From positions 142,430 through 206,429 of the forward strand of contig NMRA01000685.1 in NCBI GenBank assembly GCA_002633005.1: DNA of 64,000 nt, read 5' to 3'. The stretch's first letter is position 1, and every line of letters begins with the position of its first letter. Shown here in pieces: positions 1-12,700 of this stretch. Under the pieces are notes generated by a model. It did not search any database, was not told the origin of the DNA, and saw only the letters and a program-made list of their open reading frames with translations. Made by a program: the position numbers and the translations under genes. Origin of the DNA: Phoronis australis. Lineage: Eukaryota; Animalia; Phoronida.

Positions 1-919
1 ACAGAACGTAGTACAAACAACAAAAAGTTGTAAGTGAAAGTTGATTGAGACATCAACTTATCTGCTCAACTGAGAATGCAATTTAATAAGCAGCATTTTG
101 AAACTGTTCCTAATTCCCGGAGTATAATGGGGATTTTAAGTTATGTAAAACCTTGTCGATAAGCCTATGCAATTAGCGTAATATCTGCACAGCTGTAATT
201 TAACTGGGCTTGAAATCCACCTAAAAGTCAAAACCATGCCCTCGAAAGTTACATCGAAGCTATTACTAATGACGTTATGAATTACAAAAAGCATAACTAC
301 AAATTAATATAATATTACTAAGTCCAAAAAAGATGCCCTCACAAATCTCGCTAAAAACAAAGAAATCATAATTAAACCAGCTGATAAATGATCAGCAGTT
401 GTTATAGTGGACAAGCAGAAATATACTGACAAGGCACTGCAACAACTTAATGACACAACATACTACAAACAGTTCATAACGGGGTTTTGGAAAACTTTGC
501 ATAAAGCATGTTATGGTAAAATTTCACATGAATCCATTTCTGAGATAGGACTTTGTGAAATTGGCCGATTTGGACATTTTAATAGTGTCTTACGTAACCT
601 TAATGAGAATAGCCAAACTCGATTCTTGGCATTGGTTTTCATGATCTGATACATCCACTCTCCATTCATGTATTAGAGTAAAGACTGTGCTTAGGAAGGC
701 CAGGGGTAATTGATGTAATGCTCGAAGTAATCCAGTGAACATTCTTGGAATCTGGAAATCTCACGTGAGATCACACAGTCTTACTGTATTGTGAAGATCT
801 CTGGTCATTTATAAATAAATTTTTAAACTTGGAATACGTATATTACCTTTCTTTTTGAAAGCATGTTTGGTCAATTTGGCATACATTACTTACTCTGGAA
901 GGTACTGCGATACTTTCTA
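1..919 (+). repeat. Direct duplicate of 2276-3191 (intron sequence of the importin-4-like gene); probably an uncollapsed haplotype
   Basis: Near-identical sequence, including paired ORFs 407-649 and 2677-2916, differing by scattered substitutions and small indels. The copies diverge after 'gatactttcta'. A single N at 1979 lies between them. Confidence 0.9.
226..472 (+). mobile_element. Penelope-like retroelement RT N-terminal fragment (copy 1, with in-frame stop)
   Basis: Translates to ...DALTNLAKNKEIIIKPADK*SAVVIVDKQKYTDKALQQLNDTTYYK, matching the PLE 'IIIKPADKG..VV..D...Y......QL.D...Y' motif. Confidence 0.75.
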
Positions 920-1145
920 CAACCCATGACCCATAATTTTTAAATTATCTTTAATAGGTTAAAATATAAAATCCAACACTTGCAAACAAATTGCCTCCTG
1001 GAGGACCTGTTAAGAACTTAGATGATTGACAGACAAGAACTAGTTGTCTTGTCCAATATTGTCAAAAACTAATTTAGTAGCCTGTGAGCAATGCTTTTGG
1101 CAGCCACCAGGTGTCTCTGTTCACCATGTGTCTATAATTTCAACG

Positions 1146-1978
1146 AACATTTTTTCAATTATAAGGATCTATAAATCTCAAACTGTCTCCACGAACTCTT
1201 TTATATTTCTATGTCAAGTGAATATTGGAACTTGTTTATCTTACTCCTCATACTTTTTATTTAAAAATCATCAATTTTCTTATATGTGTTAACACCAGTT
1301 TAGTGTTGCATAACTTTTCAATTCAATAGGACTGCAGACAAACAGTTGGCTCTAATCAAGTTGCCCATGACTTAATTAATGACTTAGTGAACATATAGCA
1401 CTCTGTTCACTGGCAATATGGGCTTGTTTGTATTGGGATAAGTTAGGGCTGTTCCAGTAAAATCCGTGTGGGAGGGGGGGGACGGCAGTAGAATTAAAAA
1501 TTCCTGGGTGGTGGTCTTCAGAAAAAAACTCAAATTATGGGTGGTTGTTCCTGTAAGAAGTGATGCATTAAAAATGGGTGGTATTTTTTGATTTGTTATC
1601 GTTGACAGGTTGGTTAATTCAGCCAACACATCTCCAAAGAAATCAAAACTCAAAAAATACAGATTGGCATATATCCCAACTTATCCCAATACAAAAAAGC
1701 CCATATTGCCAGTGAACAGAGTGCAATATGTTCACTAAGCCATTAATCAAGTCATGGGCAACTTGATTTGAGCCAAGGGCTTGACTGCAGTCCTATTGAA
1801 TTGAAAAGTTATGCAACACTAAACTGGTGTTAACACATATAAGAAAATTGATGATTTTTAAATAAAAAGTATGAGGAGTAAGATAAACAAGTTCCAATAT
1901 TCACTTGACATAGAAGTATAAAAGAGTTTGTGGAGACAGTTTGAGATTCATAGATCCTTATAATTGAAAAAATGTTCA
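1146..1978. mobile_element. Foldback/MITE-like inverted repeat: ~300-bp arms (1146-1448 and 1675-1978), ~230-bp spacer, cut at the N
   Basis: The right arm is the reverse complement of the left arm, e.g. 'gaacattttttcaattataaggatct' versus 'agatccttataattgaaaaaatgttc'. Confidence 0.85.
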
Positions 1979-1999
1979 NCTTAGTACGGTTTGTTGCAG

Positions 2000-3805
2000 G
2001 TTTTAAAGTCCATTGGTCGGCTGGTTGCTGTGTTTGGTCAAGCCTTAGGTGCTTCTACGGTCAGTTCCGGTGAGTCAGTGTGATTTAGCATTTGATCACT
2101 CAAATGACTATGCATTACAGTGTCAAAAGTTTTATTGCATGGTTAAGTAGTAGTTGCTGAAGATGGACAATATGAATTTGAATTATGTGTTACCTACTTA
2201 ATACCCTGTAAATGTTGTTATATCTTGAAATCTAGAAAGGAATCAAAAAACTAACTGACACCCAGGCTGCGTATCACAGAAACGTAGTACAAATAACAAA
2301 AAGTTGTAAGTGAAAGTTGACTGAGACATCAACTTATTGCTCAACTGAGAATGCAATTTAATAAGCAGCATTTTGAAACTGTTCCTAATTCCCGGATTAT
2401 AATGGGGATTTTAAGTTATGTAAAACCTTGTCGATAAGCCTATGCAATTAGCGTAATATCTGCACAGCTGTAATTTAACTGGGCTTGAAATCCACCTAAA
2501 AGTCAAAACCATGCCTTCGAAAGTTACATTGAAGCTATTACTAATGACTTTATGAATTACAAAAAGCATAACTACAAATATAATATTACTAAGTCAAAAA
2601 AAATGCCCTCACAAATCTCGCTAAAAACAAAGAAATCATAATTAAACCAGCTGATAAAGGATCAGCAGTTGTTATAGTGGACAAGCAGAAATATACTGAC
2701 AAGGCTCTGCAACAACTTGACACAACATACTACAAACAGTTCATAACAGGGTTTTGGAAAACTTTGCATAAAGCATGTTATGGTAAAATTTCACATGAAT
2801 CCATTTCTGAGATAGGACTTTGTGAAATTGGCCAATTTGGACATTTTAATAGTGTCTTACGTAACCTTGATGAGAATAGCCAAACTCGGTTCTTGGCATT
2901 GGTTTCCATGTCCTGATACATCCACACTCAATTCATGTATTAGAGTAAAGACTGTGCTTAGGAAGGCCAGGGGTAATTGGTGTAATGCTCGAAGTAATCC
3001 AGAGAACATTCTTGGAATCAGGAAATCTCACGTGAGATCACACAATCTCACTGTATTGTGAAGATCTCTGGTCATTTATAAATAAATTTTTAAACTTAGA
3101 AGGCGTATGTTACCTTTCTTTTTGAAAGCATGTTTGGTCAATTTGGCATACATTACTTACTCTGGAAGGTACTTTTAATTGATACTTTCTAGTCAATTTG
3201 TACAATTCTTCAAACTGGAGGTGTGACGCTGTGATCAAGGCACATGATGTAAACACTGTCTGTCTGAGTTTACAAGTTGCTGTTGTATTAGTTTTATTAC
3301 CTGTTTGTGACATCTGTGCTTAAGTCGAAGGCAAATTTCTATGTGACGGGGCTGGGCCTGACAATCTGTTGGCGACTTGGTCATTAATGAACTTGGGAAT
3401 ACAGCTTATTGGAACCAGTTCTCATTTTTGAAATTTATCCTCTGTGTTATGTTTCATGTTTCACTATTTTGCATAATTTCATTTTATATAGAAATCGAGT
3501 TTAGAGGTTCAAAATAAAGTAAAATATGCCAAAATGGTGAGAAAAGATAATGTTCTCCTTACGCCAAAATGTTCATTTCTGAATCATGTATTTGTGTAAT
3601 TTGTTACTGATTTAAATTTGTGGTTTATTCGTTTTGAATTTTAATACTCACAAAACGTCATCATTTTGGTTTTTGATTTACAGAGAACGAGGTTACCATG
3701 ATTCAGTTGTTGAGAAGCATGGGTCAGTCTGATCCACAGTCGTTTCAGCTGGCCATGTCAGGGTTACCCCAGGAAGTACAAGTAAAATTACAGAACAGCT
3801 TGTAG
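2000..3805 (+). CDS. IPO4: 3' end of an importin-4-like (karyopherin-beta HEAT) gene; last two exons join(2000..2069,3684..3805)
   Basis: AG/GT sites are in phase. The product VLKSIGRLVAVFGQALGASTVSSENEVTMIQLLRSMGQSDPQSFQLAMSGLPQEVQVKLQNSL* resembles the IPO4 C-terminus (recalled: ...DSFQAALGSLPVDKAQELQ). Upstream exons lie outside the window. Confidence 0.65.
2499..2742 (+). mobile_element. Penelope-like RT N-terminal fragment (copy 2) in the last intron of the IPO4-like gene
   Basis: ...NLAKNKEIIIKPADKGSAVVIVDKQKYTDKALQQLDTTYYK. Confidence 0.75.
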
Positions 3806-3824
3806 ACACTAACTTTGTATTTAA

Positions 3825-4188
3825 AAGGATACTAAACCCTGTTTTGATGATTTCCAAAAATCATTGTTGTCATCTGCTGACACATCATTGTCATCAATCT
3901 TCCGAGTAAAAGGCAGAAATCAATTAAAAATTCATTGTCCGTATGTCACTGGTTGGACATTATGGTGCTTGGTAGGTGCTGCTTTCCATCATAAAATGCT
4001 GTGTAATTCACTAAAAGCATAGGTCATGCTTGCCTGTTTAGCAGATTTTGAAAGTAAGAGTTTTCAAAATTTTCTCCAAACTTTTGAAGGTTGTCAAGGG
4101 TTACAGAGCATTATTTTGTTTCAGAGAAATGGATGGAAAAGTCAATTTTAGTATTTGTTTATTGGGCAAAACAGAGTTTGGTATCCTT
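3825..4188. mobile_element. Kolobok-like non-autonomous element just after the IPO4-like stop codon
   Basis: TIRs 'aaggatactaaaccctgttttg' and 'caaaacagagtttggtatcctt', flanked by TTAA / TTGA. Confidence 0.6.
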
Positions 4189-4718
4189 TTGAGCAATACG
4201 TGAAATTAGTTGATGGAAGGTCGAAGTGACTTTCAGTCACAGCTGACTGGAAATCAAACCTTGAAAAAATTGTACTTCATTTCCTTGGCCCACTTGGGGT
4301 CAATGCAAGGGTGTTCGTCTGCTGTACTTTTAAAAGCAGGCTGTTCTAGTTGTCAGCATAGAAGTAAGTTTGCTGGGGGACGTAATGGGAAAATCAATCG
4401 ATAGCTTTAACAAAGAATAATTTTCACCACCTGCAAAAACTGGAGTTTCTTTGTGTTTTAAAAGAGATGGTAATCCCTCCTTAAAATCGCTCTAAATACG
4501 TGTCTTTGTTATTGAATTTCGTGTTTTGATTGGCTTTTTGTGAGCAAATGTGGGCCTGTGGGTGTCATTCTATGCAGATGAATTTGTTAATATTAAGATG
4601 TATACTTATTTGTGAAATATTCATAAAAAAATTCTTCAAGATGAAAAAAGATCTGTTTAGTAACAGTTGTTTGTTTAAAGACATTTGTTTGGCTATCAAA
4701 AAAAAAGTTGTGCTTCAG

Positions 4719-4868
4719 TGGCTGTGCTTGATTGACTTTGCCAGTTCCACTGAGTCATCCGTCTGAGACACCTGATTGGTCTATATGACGGAAGTTGTCA
4801 TCAACAACCAATCAGATGTGTTAGTCGGTTGATCCTTGTACCTAGCGAAAGCAATCAAGTGCAGCCAA
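4719..4868. repeat. Imperfect palindrome (MITE-like) in the presumed IPO4-like 3' UTR
   Basis: 'tggctgtgcttgattg...cacctgattggt' pairs with 'accaatcagatgtg...caatcaagtgcagcca'. Confidence 0.6.
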
Positions 4869-6289
4869 TCTCAGTGTGACCAGTGATTGAATGAAGTGAT
4901 GGGCAAAGAACAAAATGGAATTTTCATTTGTAGTTTTCTCATTTGCTGGTATTAAATTATGCTTCTGGGAGCGAATATTTCACTAAACATTTTGCTAGTG
5001 CAGCTAAATTTACCACTGTATAATTGTCGGTAAACATCTGGAATTTGTACTGCATTTTGTTGTTTTTAAGTTGTTCAGTGCGCGTTCTTGTGTTATATTT
5101 ATTGAGTGATAATTATTAAAATTCATAGGCTTTACTTGTTAGCTTGTGGGAATGCAATTCCAAGTAAATTGTTGAACCCTGAAGACTGAACTTGACAGTT
5201 TGGAAATGGGGCAACTCATTTTATGCACCAGAATGAATGTGACTTTCACTCTATTATAAAAATAGTCATACTGGTTACATGAGCGAACACTAGATGGAGT
5301 TATGAGGTGCATTGGGACTCAAGTGATATTATTTCATTCATTAAGCATTAACTTTGTAATGATGTGTTGTTTGACTGATTGTGAACTGATGCACTTTTGA
5401 GTCAAATGTCAAATTATAGTTTGTATTATCAATTGAGATTTGATTCACTCTAACTAGCTTCAGAGGATTTTATCAATGTCACTGTTGGTTTTTAAATGCA
5501 TTGTGTGAGGGTTGCCAGCTTGTAGGCATCCGGTGACATCACAGATAGCTGGACTTATAAACATGAACATTACGACACAACAAGACTTGTCACATGAGGG
5601 CACCGTAAGTACACTGCAACATGCTTTTTGGTGCGAGTACTACTAAACAACCACGAATAGAAAAATAGAAAATGAAAGCCAAGGTCAAAATGTTTTGAAC
5701 GAACCCACAGACTTTTACCAAATAATTTTTGGACAAGATTTTCATGGCATGTGTTGTCCAATTTCGCAGAAGTGAAATCTCGATTCCTACATCCAAATTA
5801 TAGATCAGGTTACACACACACATAAGTAAAAAGTGATGTCACTGTAGGTTTATGAGCCGACAACCATTTCACAATGCATTTGAAAAATGACAACCGTGTA
5901 CTAGATGAAATCCCTCAAATTGATCATTGAATTGATCTAGTTTTTAGTCATACAGTGGGCTGTTTTCCAGCACCTTTGCTTGATGTAATATAACGTTTCA
6001 AGATGGTTGTGAAATATTTTGTTTTGTGTTATCATGTCCTGGTCAGTTATTATAAATAGCACTTCTTAAATCACTGTCTTCATTATTTTTTTGGTAATTT
6101 TCAATCAATGCACAATGGGCATTATTGTGATTTGATCAGCGTATATGTAAGATAAGTAACATCAATTTGTTCATCTTTACTGTTTGAGGTGTAAGAAAAA
6201 GTGTTGAAATTGGATAAGGCAATTTCGTTTGCGATGTAGTGAGGCCCGTATTCTCTGTTAAGCAAGTGAGTCTAAGAATCACAATTTAT

Positions 6290-6304
6290 AATAAACATTT
6301 TATT
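6290..6304. promoter_or_regulatory. Back-to-back polyadenylation signals: AATAAA on + (6290-6295) and AATAAA on - (6299-6304)
   Basis: Sequence 'aataaacattttatt' lies between two convergent genes. Confidence 0.5.
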
Positions 6305-6752
6305 ACAAAAATCTGACATTTATATGATAATATTGACTTCATTTACATCCAATAACCGGTGTCTTTTTATCACACACTAAAAGTTATTTGTCACTTTTTA
6401 TAAGACAACTAAAGATTACAGTGATGAAATGTTCAATATCTACAAGGTTCTCGTAGCCAAACCTAATCTATCTCAATTCCACAGAATGATGTTAACATCC
6501 AAATCTAGATCTCTTGAAGTACGTGCAACAGACATGCTCACAGTCTATCAGTCGTGCAACCATCAACATCTAAAAGTAGCGCACCTCTTCAGTTGCGTGG
6601 CCTCAATTGATTTAACACATCAAAGTGAACCAGTGTCCGAGTTCAGTGACTGATCCCCCCTTCTAAGAGGTACGTTCACAATATTCCGATGCAGGTCAAA
6701 GGTCAGTGGTACAGCTGAAGACGTGCAGTAAAGATTCTTTAAAATATTGCAG

Positions 6753-9700
6753 CTAAGAGGCGTAGGTGGTCTTGCAATGAACTACAAGAGAATTGCAATA
6801 TTGTTGATAAAATAATGTGCTATAAGGACGTGAAACTGTCCAATACACTACTGTATGAAGTATAGCTGTCGCCAGCCAACAAACACTCAACGATATACTA
6901 AAATACCAAGCACTTTAATGAAGTGGTGAACGTTTGAAGAATGGAAAATGACAATTATTTTGATACCAATTTATGGAAACTTTTTTTACCATAGACTTAA
7001 GAAAGCTGTTTGTAAGACATAAGTAGATCTTGACAATTAAAAGTCATTAGGAGCAGGTGAGTAAAGGAACGCACAGAAGGCTTGGCGTCATTACACTTAC
7101 TTATAAACTCTGAGACGGGATCGTTCCCGTCCTCACTTCGCAAAGAGCCTGTTATGTCATCATTCTCAATCAGTGGTAAAAATAGTTGAACAAACTCTGG
7201 CGTGTAGGGGGCAGCAATAACGTCCAGAACCTGCGGGGAATGATAAGGTGACGGTATATTTCTGGTACAGCAAGGGGTTGGAAATTCATTAAGTCATTTT
7301 CCTTCAGCTTCCAGTAAATCGAATGTCTCATTTACAATAGGTCAAACTTTGACTGACCTCGATTTACATTGCAACACCAAAGATTGACAAAAGGCTTCAA
7401 AAACGCCAATGAAAATGTATTTGTTAAAATCAGTGCTGCACATAGCTGTTGCACAGGCAAAGGTGAAGTTGCTATCCACAATTCAATTTCGTTTGAAACC
7501 AAAACTATTTTTGGCAAGACCTGTATTTAATTCATGTTCCACGAGAGTCACATTTGAGTACACTCTTGAAACTCAAACCCTTGCAAGTTCAGCCATCTTT
7601 GAGTATATGCAGTGACTGCGAGCAGTAGCATGCAGAAGTGGGGGCTGATGGGCGACGTCCTCGCGCATCCATATCGGGGGCATCCAATCACTTTGAATTT
7701 GTGACCGGTTTGTACATAAATTGAATCAAACTCCAATATTGTTTCATCTTTTTTACTTTTCTTAGTCCATGCATTTGGGCAGAGAGAAGAGCATCCAAAA
7801 AAAAGAATCCCCAGAGCATCACCAAACCTCTGCATGCCACTGACTGCATGTCACAGTCGACCAAAATGTAAACAAAAATAAGATGATGCTGCTCCCAAAC
7901 TGGCAAACGTGACTTATATCCAGCTTCCAGTATGGAGACATGTTGCTTCTCACCTCGGTTACAAAGTGCCTGATGAGTGATATATCTGTATCCTGAGTCT
8001 CCCAGCACTTTTTGATGAATGATATGACAGGAATGACACAGCCTCGACTCAGTAAGTGCACCATGCGATCCAGCAGGGTCTTTTTAAGCTCAAGCTGAAA
8101 ACCATAATCATTTGTCTAATTTGCAGATAAAGCTGTTCTGAACCTGTCTTCTGCCAAACAGACTAACTTTCAATTTAAACCACTTGCCATTGCAAACCTG
8201 GACCCAACTTATTCCTTACTCACATTACAAATTTACACATTTATGGGCTTGAGAAGAACTGAAAGTAGTTTTCTATTTGAGGCCATAGATTGACCTACAC
8301 ATGTTCGTAGCATAAATTGACCTACACATAGTGAAGTAATTATTGGACGAACCCTAAATATCGGACATTACATAAAATCTTACTCGAAGCATAATCTGAG
8401 AAATAAACGACACAAATTTTTGTTCTGCATTGTGTTGTTTTTTATAGTGTTGCCTCATTTTGATTTCGCCGAAAGAGGGTGCAATTTAGACCCCCGAGTT
8501 GGCCTAAAATTGACGATCTCATAAATCAGTAATAAAAGTTGAAAACAAAATCTTTTTCTACATTGAAGTTACCTTATAGTAAATGAACTGACAATATGTC
8601 ACTGTTTCATTTTTTTATTTGTTTTTAAACTCAAGTCAAACCCCGGTCACGCTCGTGCGTTTGTCATATCAAGCAGGCAAAGAGATACTAAAACCTGCAT
8701 TGAAGTTGCATGTGTTTTAGTCATCTGCACTGATTAATCGAGACAACTTGGTGCTGTCATCTGATGACATTTTATGGCATTTTGTTGCGAACGGAGCTGT
8801 GTTCTAGCAGCAAATATATTAAAATACACGAGCTGCAATTTGGCGTCAAGGTGCCCGCGGCCATTACTTGATTAGTCAGTTTTCCACGGTATGGCGTATG
8901 CGGAAACATGGCGTCCGACATTTAGGTTTTCCCAGGGTTTGCTACTTGACAAATGAATGTGTTTTTAAAGATCAGTCAGAACATAAACGTGCCCAAGGTA
9001 TAGTAACAGAACAGTTCTTTAAGGGGTATACCTAAAGTTATTTCCATAAAGAATTTACAACAATCTGTAGTATTTCCAATTAAATATAATGCAAAATGTT
9101 CCAAAACTTCCGATATTTAGGTTGCTTGACTATACATTACCCAAGGTTTCGAGTATAGGATAATTTGAAACCAATATTATAACGGTCAGGGTCTAACAAA
9201 AATAGGAAAATCACGAAACATGGGTAAATTTCCCCAAAATTACTGTATTCTGCCATGAAAATGCCAAATTCTCTTTTAATGCACACCTCCAACTTTTGAG
9301 TGAAATTTGTTAAGTAGCCAGGGGTACTCATTACAATGACCACTCTGGACACAAAACCATGCAATTTGATGAATCCTTGAATCTTAAAATTTCTCCTCAA
9401 AATAGAAAATTATAAATTAATGAAATTTTATAACTAATCACCCTTGTTTAACCCAGAAGTGGAGTTACCGGTAATCTGAGTGGCAGTTTGCAGCACACAA
9501 CAATTGGATTTTATAAGAGCGCAAAAAGCCATAAATTAGTAATTTTATCGGAAGACAAGTCACAGTTCAACATCAAAATATGGATTATCCAAGTAGACTT
9601 ATATAGCAACCCATTTGGCATGTAATTTAAAGCTGCAAAAGGAAATTCGGAGGGAAAACAGAGCCGTAAAAAAGCACATCTTAACAACATCAGACTCCAT

Positions 9701-12700
9701 GGTAATAACTCATCTGACATCAGCCCTGCGCACGTATCTCATGAAATCTTGAAGTGAAGTTAGCAACGAATTAGAATTGAGTGTTACACGGACTTTTGCA
9801 CAGTCACATGGTGCACACACAATTAGTGGGTGTTTGCATGAACATGTATAAATACCCATCCCCATCATTCTTCACTGTGAAAAACTTTAATAACACCCTT
9901 CAGTGTTTATATAGCAGAATATGGTAAATGTATCCATGTATTTTCGTAGGATATGCAGTATACAAATATAATCCAAACAATGGTTGCTATGGTAATATTT
10001 CATAAAAGTAAGGTATTACAAAGTTACCTGAACTAAAACATCAAGCTCATCAAAATTGACCTTGAACAACCTTATCAACAAGTCCAGGATGTGTTGATGA
10101 AGCAAAACATGGCAGGAAGAGATCTGCAATTCACATCAACAGACAGGTACAAACAGAACACAGCACCATAGTCATCAGGGACGGCATCCTACCCATTGAC
10201 AGCTGAGGACTACTTCATGTTTTGTTTTGAAGTAACGCACTGTAATTTCTATCTTTGGTGACAAAAAGCACACTATACGACATCCAGGCATCACATTTTG
10301 ACAATAATAAAAACACCTGCTCATCATCCCAAAACCTTCATTTCTCATCAACATCAATATTTTTGCGGATTTCATCTGCTGCTAATGTTCTTTGACTTTG
10401 CTGATGTTTTTGAAATGCATTGTAGGACGGCTGTTCGGCCTGTGAACATCTGTTGACAATAATGATATCTTGGGTATGTAAAATCTGTGCGTTCTACTAA
10501 AATGTCACAGAATAACAACATTTTTTACAGGACATATAAACAGCGACTGAAGACCATTCGTAAATTTTGGCATAAGTCTACAGTTCAGACTATATAATAT
10601 GTTAAGTTAGGACATTTTCATGAAACAAGCTACTGCTTTTAAGGTGACTTTTGTTAACAAAATGGTTTTCAAACATGCTTTAACTGATTGGCTCATTTCG
10701 TTTACAAATAAAACGAAACATTAATACAGTAATATATAATGAAAGAAATTACTCTGCAAAAGTGTTACTTATATTATTATTATTTCCATTTTGTTTAGAT
10801 TACTTTTAAAGTATCAAACTGATGTAATTACACATATTCCCATAGTAACTCACTTACCTCATCTAGTAGGGCCAAGTGTACACATATTCCCATAGTAACT
10901 CACTTACCTCATCTAGTAGGGCCAAGTGTACACATATTCCCATAGTAACTCACTTACCTCATCTAGTAGGGCCAAGTGTAAAGGCGTATGATCAGTATTG
11001 AGCTTGAAGTAGCTGGCTTCATTCACAGTGTAATCCACCCACTTCAGGATTCCCATTGATACAACCGGAAACCTACAAAGTCATTTATACTTAAAAAAGA
11101 ATAAATCATGACCACTGCACTTACTATAAAATAAATTTCCTGGCACTGCGGACGCACCTGGCTCCTTCTACATATGATTGATGACTGTCTGGTTTCCAGG
11201 AAATATTTTTTGCCCTCTATCGGTGTTGGGCCCTGTAAAGTCCTGTGAACCCTGGTAGAGGGCGATCAAATTTTCGATGGAATCAGACAGTCATCAGTAG
11301 AAGGGACCAGGTGGTTCTGCTATCTCGGGAAATTTATTTTATAGCAAGACCAGTAGTTGTGATTTATATTCTTTACATTTATTTGATCACATGGATGAAT
11401 AATAATACCCATTGTCTACAGCATCATTTGATAAAACTACTACTGCCAGCTTTATGCAAAGTAACGTGTTGTACTGACCCATTCATATTGTATGTGTTGT
11501 ACTGACCTATTCATATTGAACGTGTTGTACTGACCCATTCATATTGAGCGTGTTGTACTGACCCATTCATATTGAATGTGTTGTACTGACCTATTCATAT
11601 TGAACGTGTTGTACTGACCTATTCATATTGAAAGTATTGTATTGACCTATTCATATTGAACGTGTTGTACTGATCTATTCATAATGAACGTGTTGTACTG
11701 ACCCATTCATATTGAGCGTGTTGTACTGACCCATTCATATTGAATGTGTTGTATTGACATATTCATATTGAACGTGTAGTACTGACCTATTCATATTGAA
11801 CGTCTAACTTGAAAAGAAACCCCTCCACCCACATTAATAATTATTAAGCTTGCAATTATTTTTGACAAACAACACACTTAACTTTCGACTAGAAATAAAC
11901 AAAGAACATTATGTATACACCTTATTCACGCAGTCGCCTTTTTAGTAGTGAGCCTCTTTTTAGATTTCAAAACAATGCATTTGAGACATAAACGAAATGA
12001 AGCGCGCTGTGATTAAGCACAAAATGCATTGTTGTAAAACCTAAAAAGAGGCTCACTATTAAAATGGCGACTGCGTGAATAAGAAGTATGGGAACAAAAT
12101 AGGCACATGCAGTAAAAACCTACCCGACTTGTTCAGGCCATTTCACAAGGTAAGTAACTCACAATCTAAAATGTTTGTTTTCAACAGTTAGCGCTCATAG
12201 CCATTTTGCTTCAAAATGTACAAGGATTCTAAAGTATGTCTTTCACAAGTTAATTTCTCCTACTGTCCTATAGATCCCAATTGACCATTCATACTTAATG
12301 CATTGGAATATTGTGCCAATCTCAGGGAGGAGTTCTGAGGCAGCTTTATTGTCTGCACACAGCTGGTGAGCCTTCTCTATGGCTTGAGTAGTGCTCCTCA
12401 AGTCCTCTTTGTTCAGGGACTTTCTAACACCCTGTAACAAAATAAAAAGACCATACAATTCACTACTAAATGCTTAGTGAAACTAGAGTGTACGTTGTGA
12501 CTCCATGCTCATAGTTTAACACATGCACGACTAGAATTCTGTTGATTTTAGAAGTAAGAATAGATTTTCAAACAAACTTATTCAATTTAGTCCAAGAAAA
12601 TATCACTTTAGGAACCAATTGAAGATGATCAAAATACCAGAGTCAAAAATATTTTTAAAAATGGGTGCCTGAGCATCTGCAGGGCGGTAAGGGGCGGCCC

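Noticed and set aside
2155-2182. Penelope-associated hammerhead at 'ctgaaga'
   Set aside because: No downstream GAAA or supporting stems.
7260-7900. Nested gene in NELFCD intron 14 (ORFs 7332-7517, 7409-7615, 7548-7835)
   Set aside because: No recognisable motif or consistent exon structure.
11465-11803. CRISPR-like array of 28-bp repeats
   Set aside because: The units are contiguous with no unique spacers, there are no cas genes, and it lies in a eukaryotic intron: a minisatellite.
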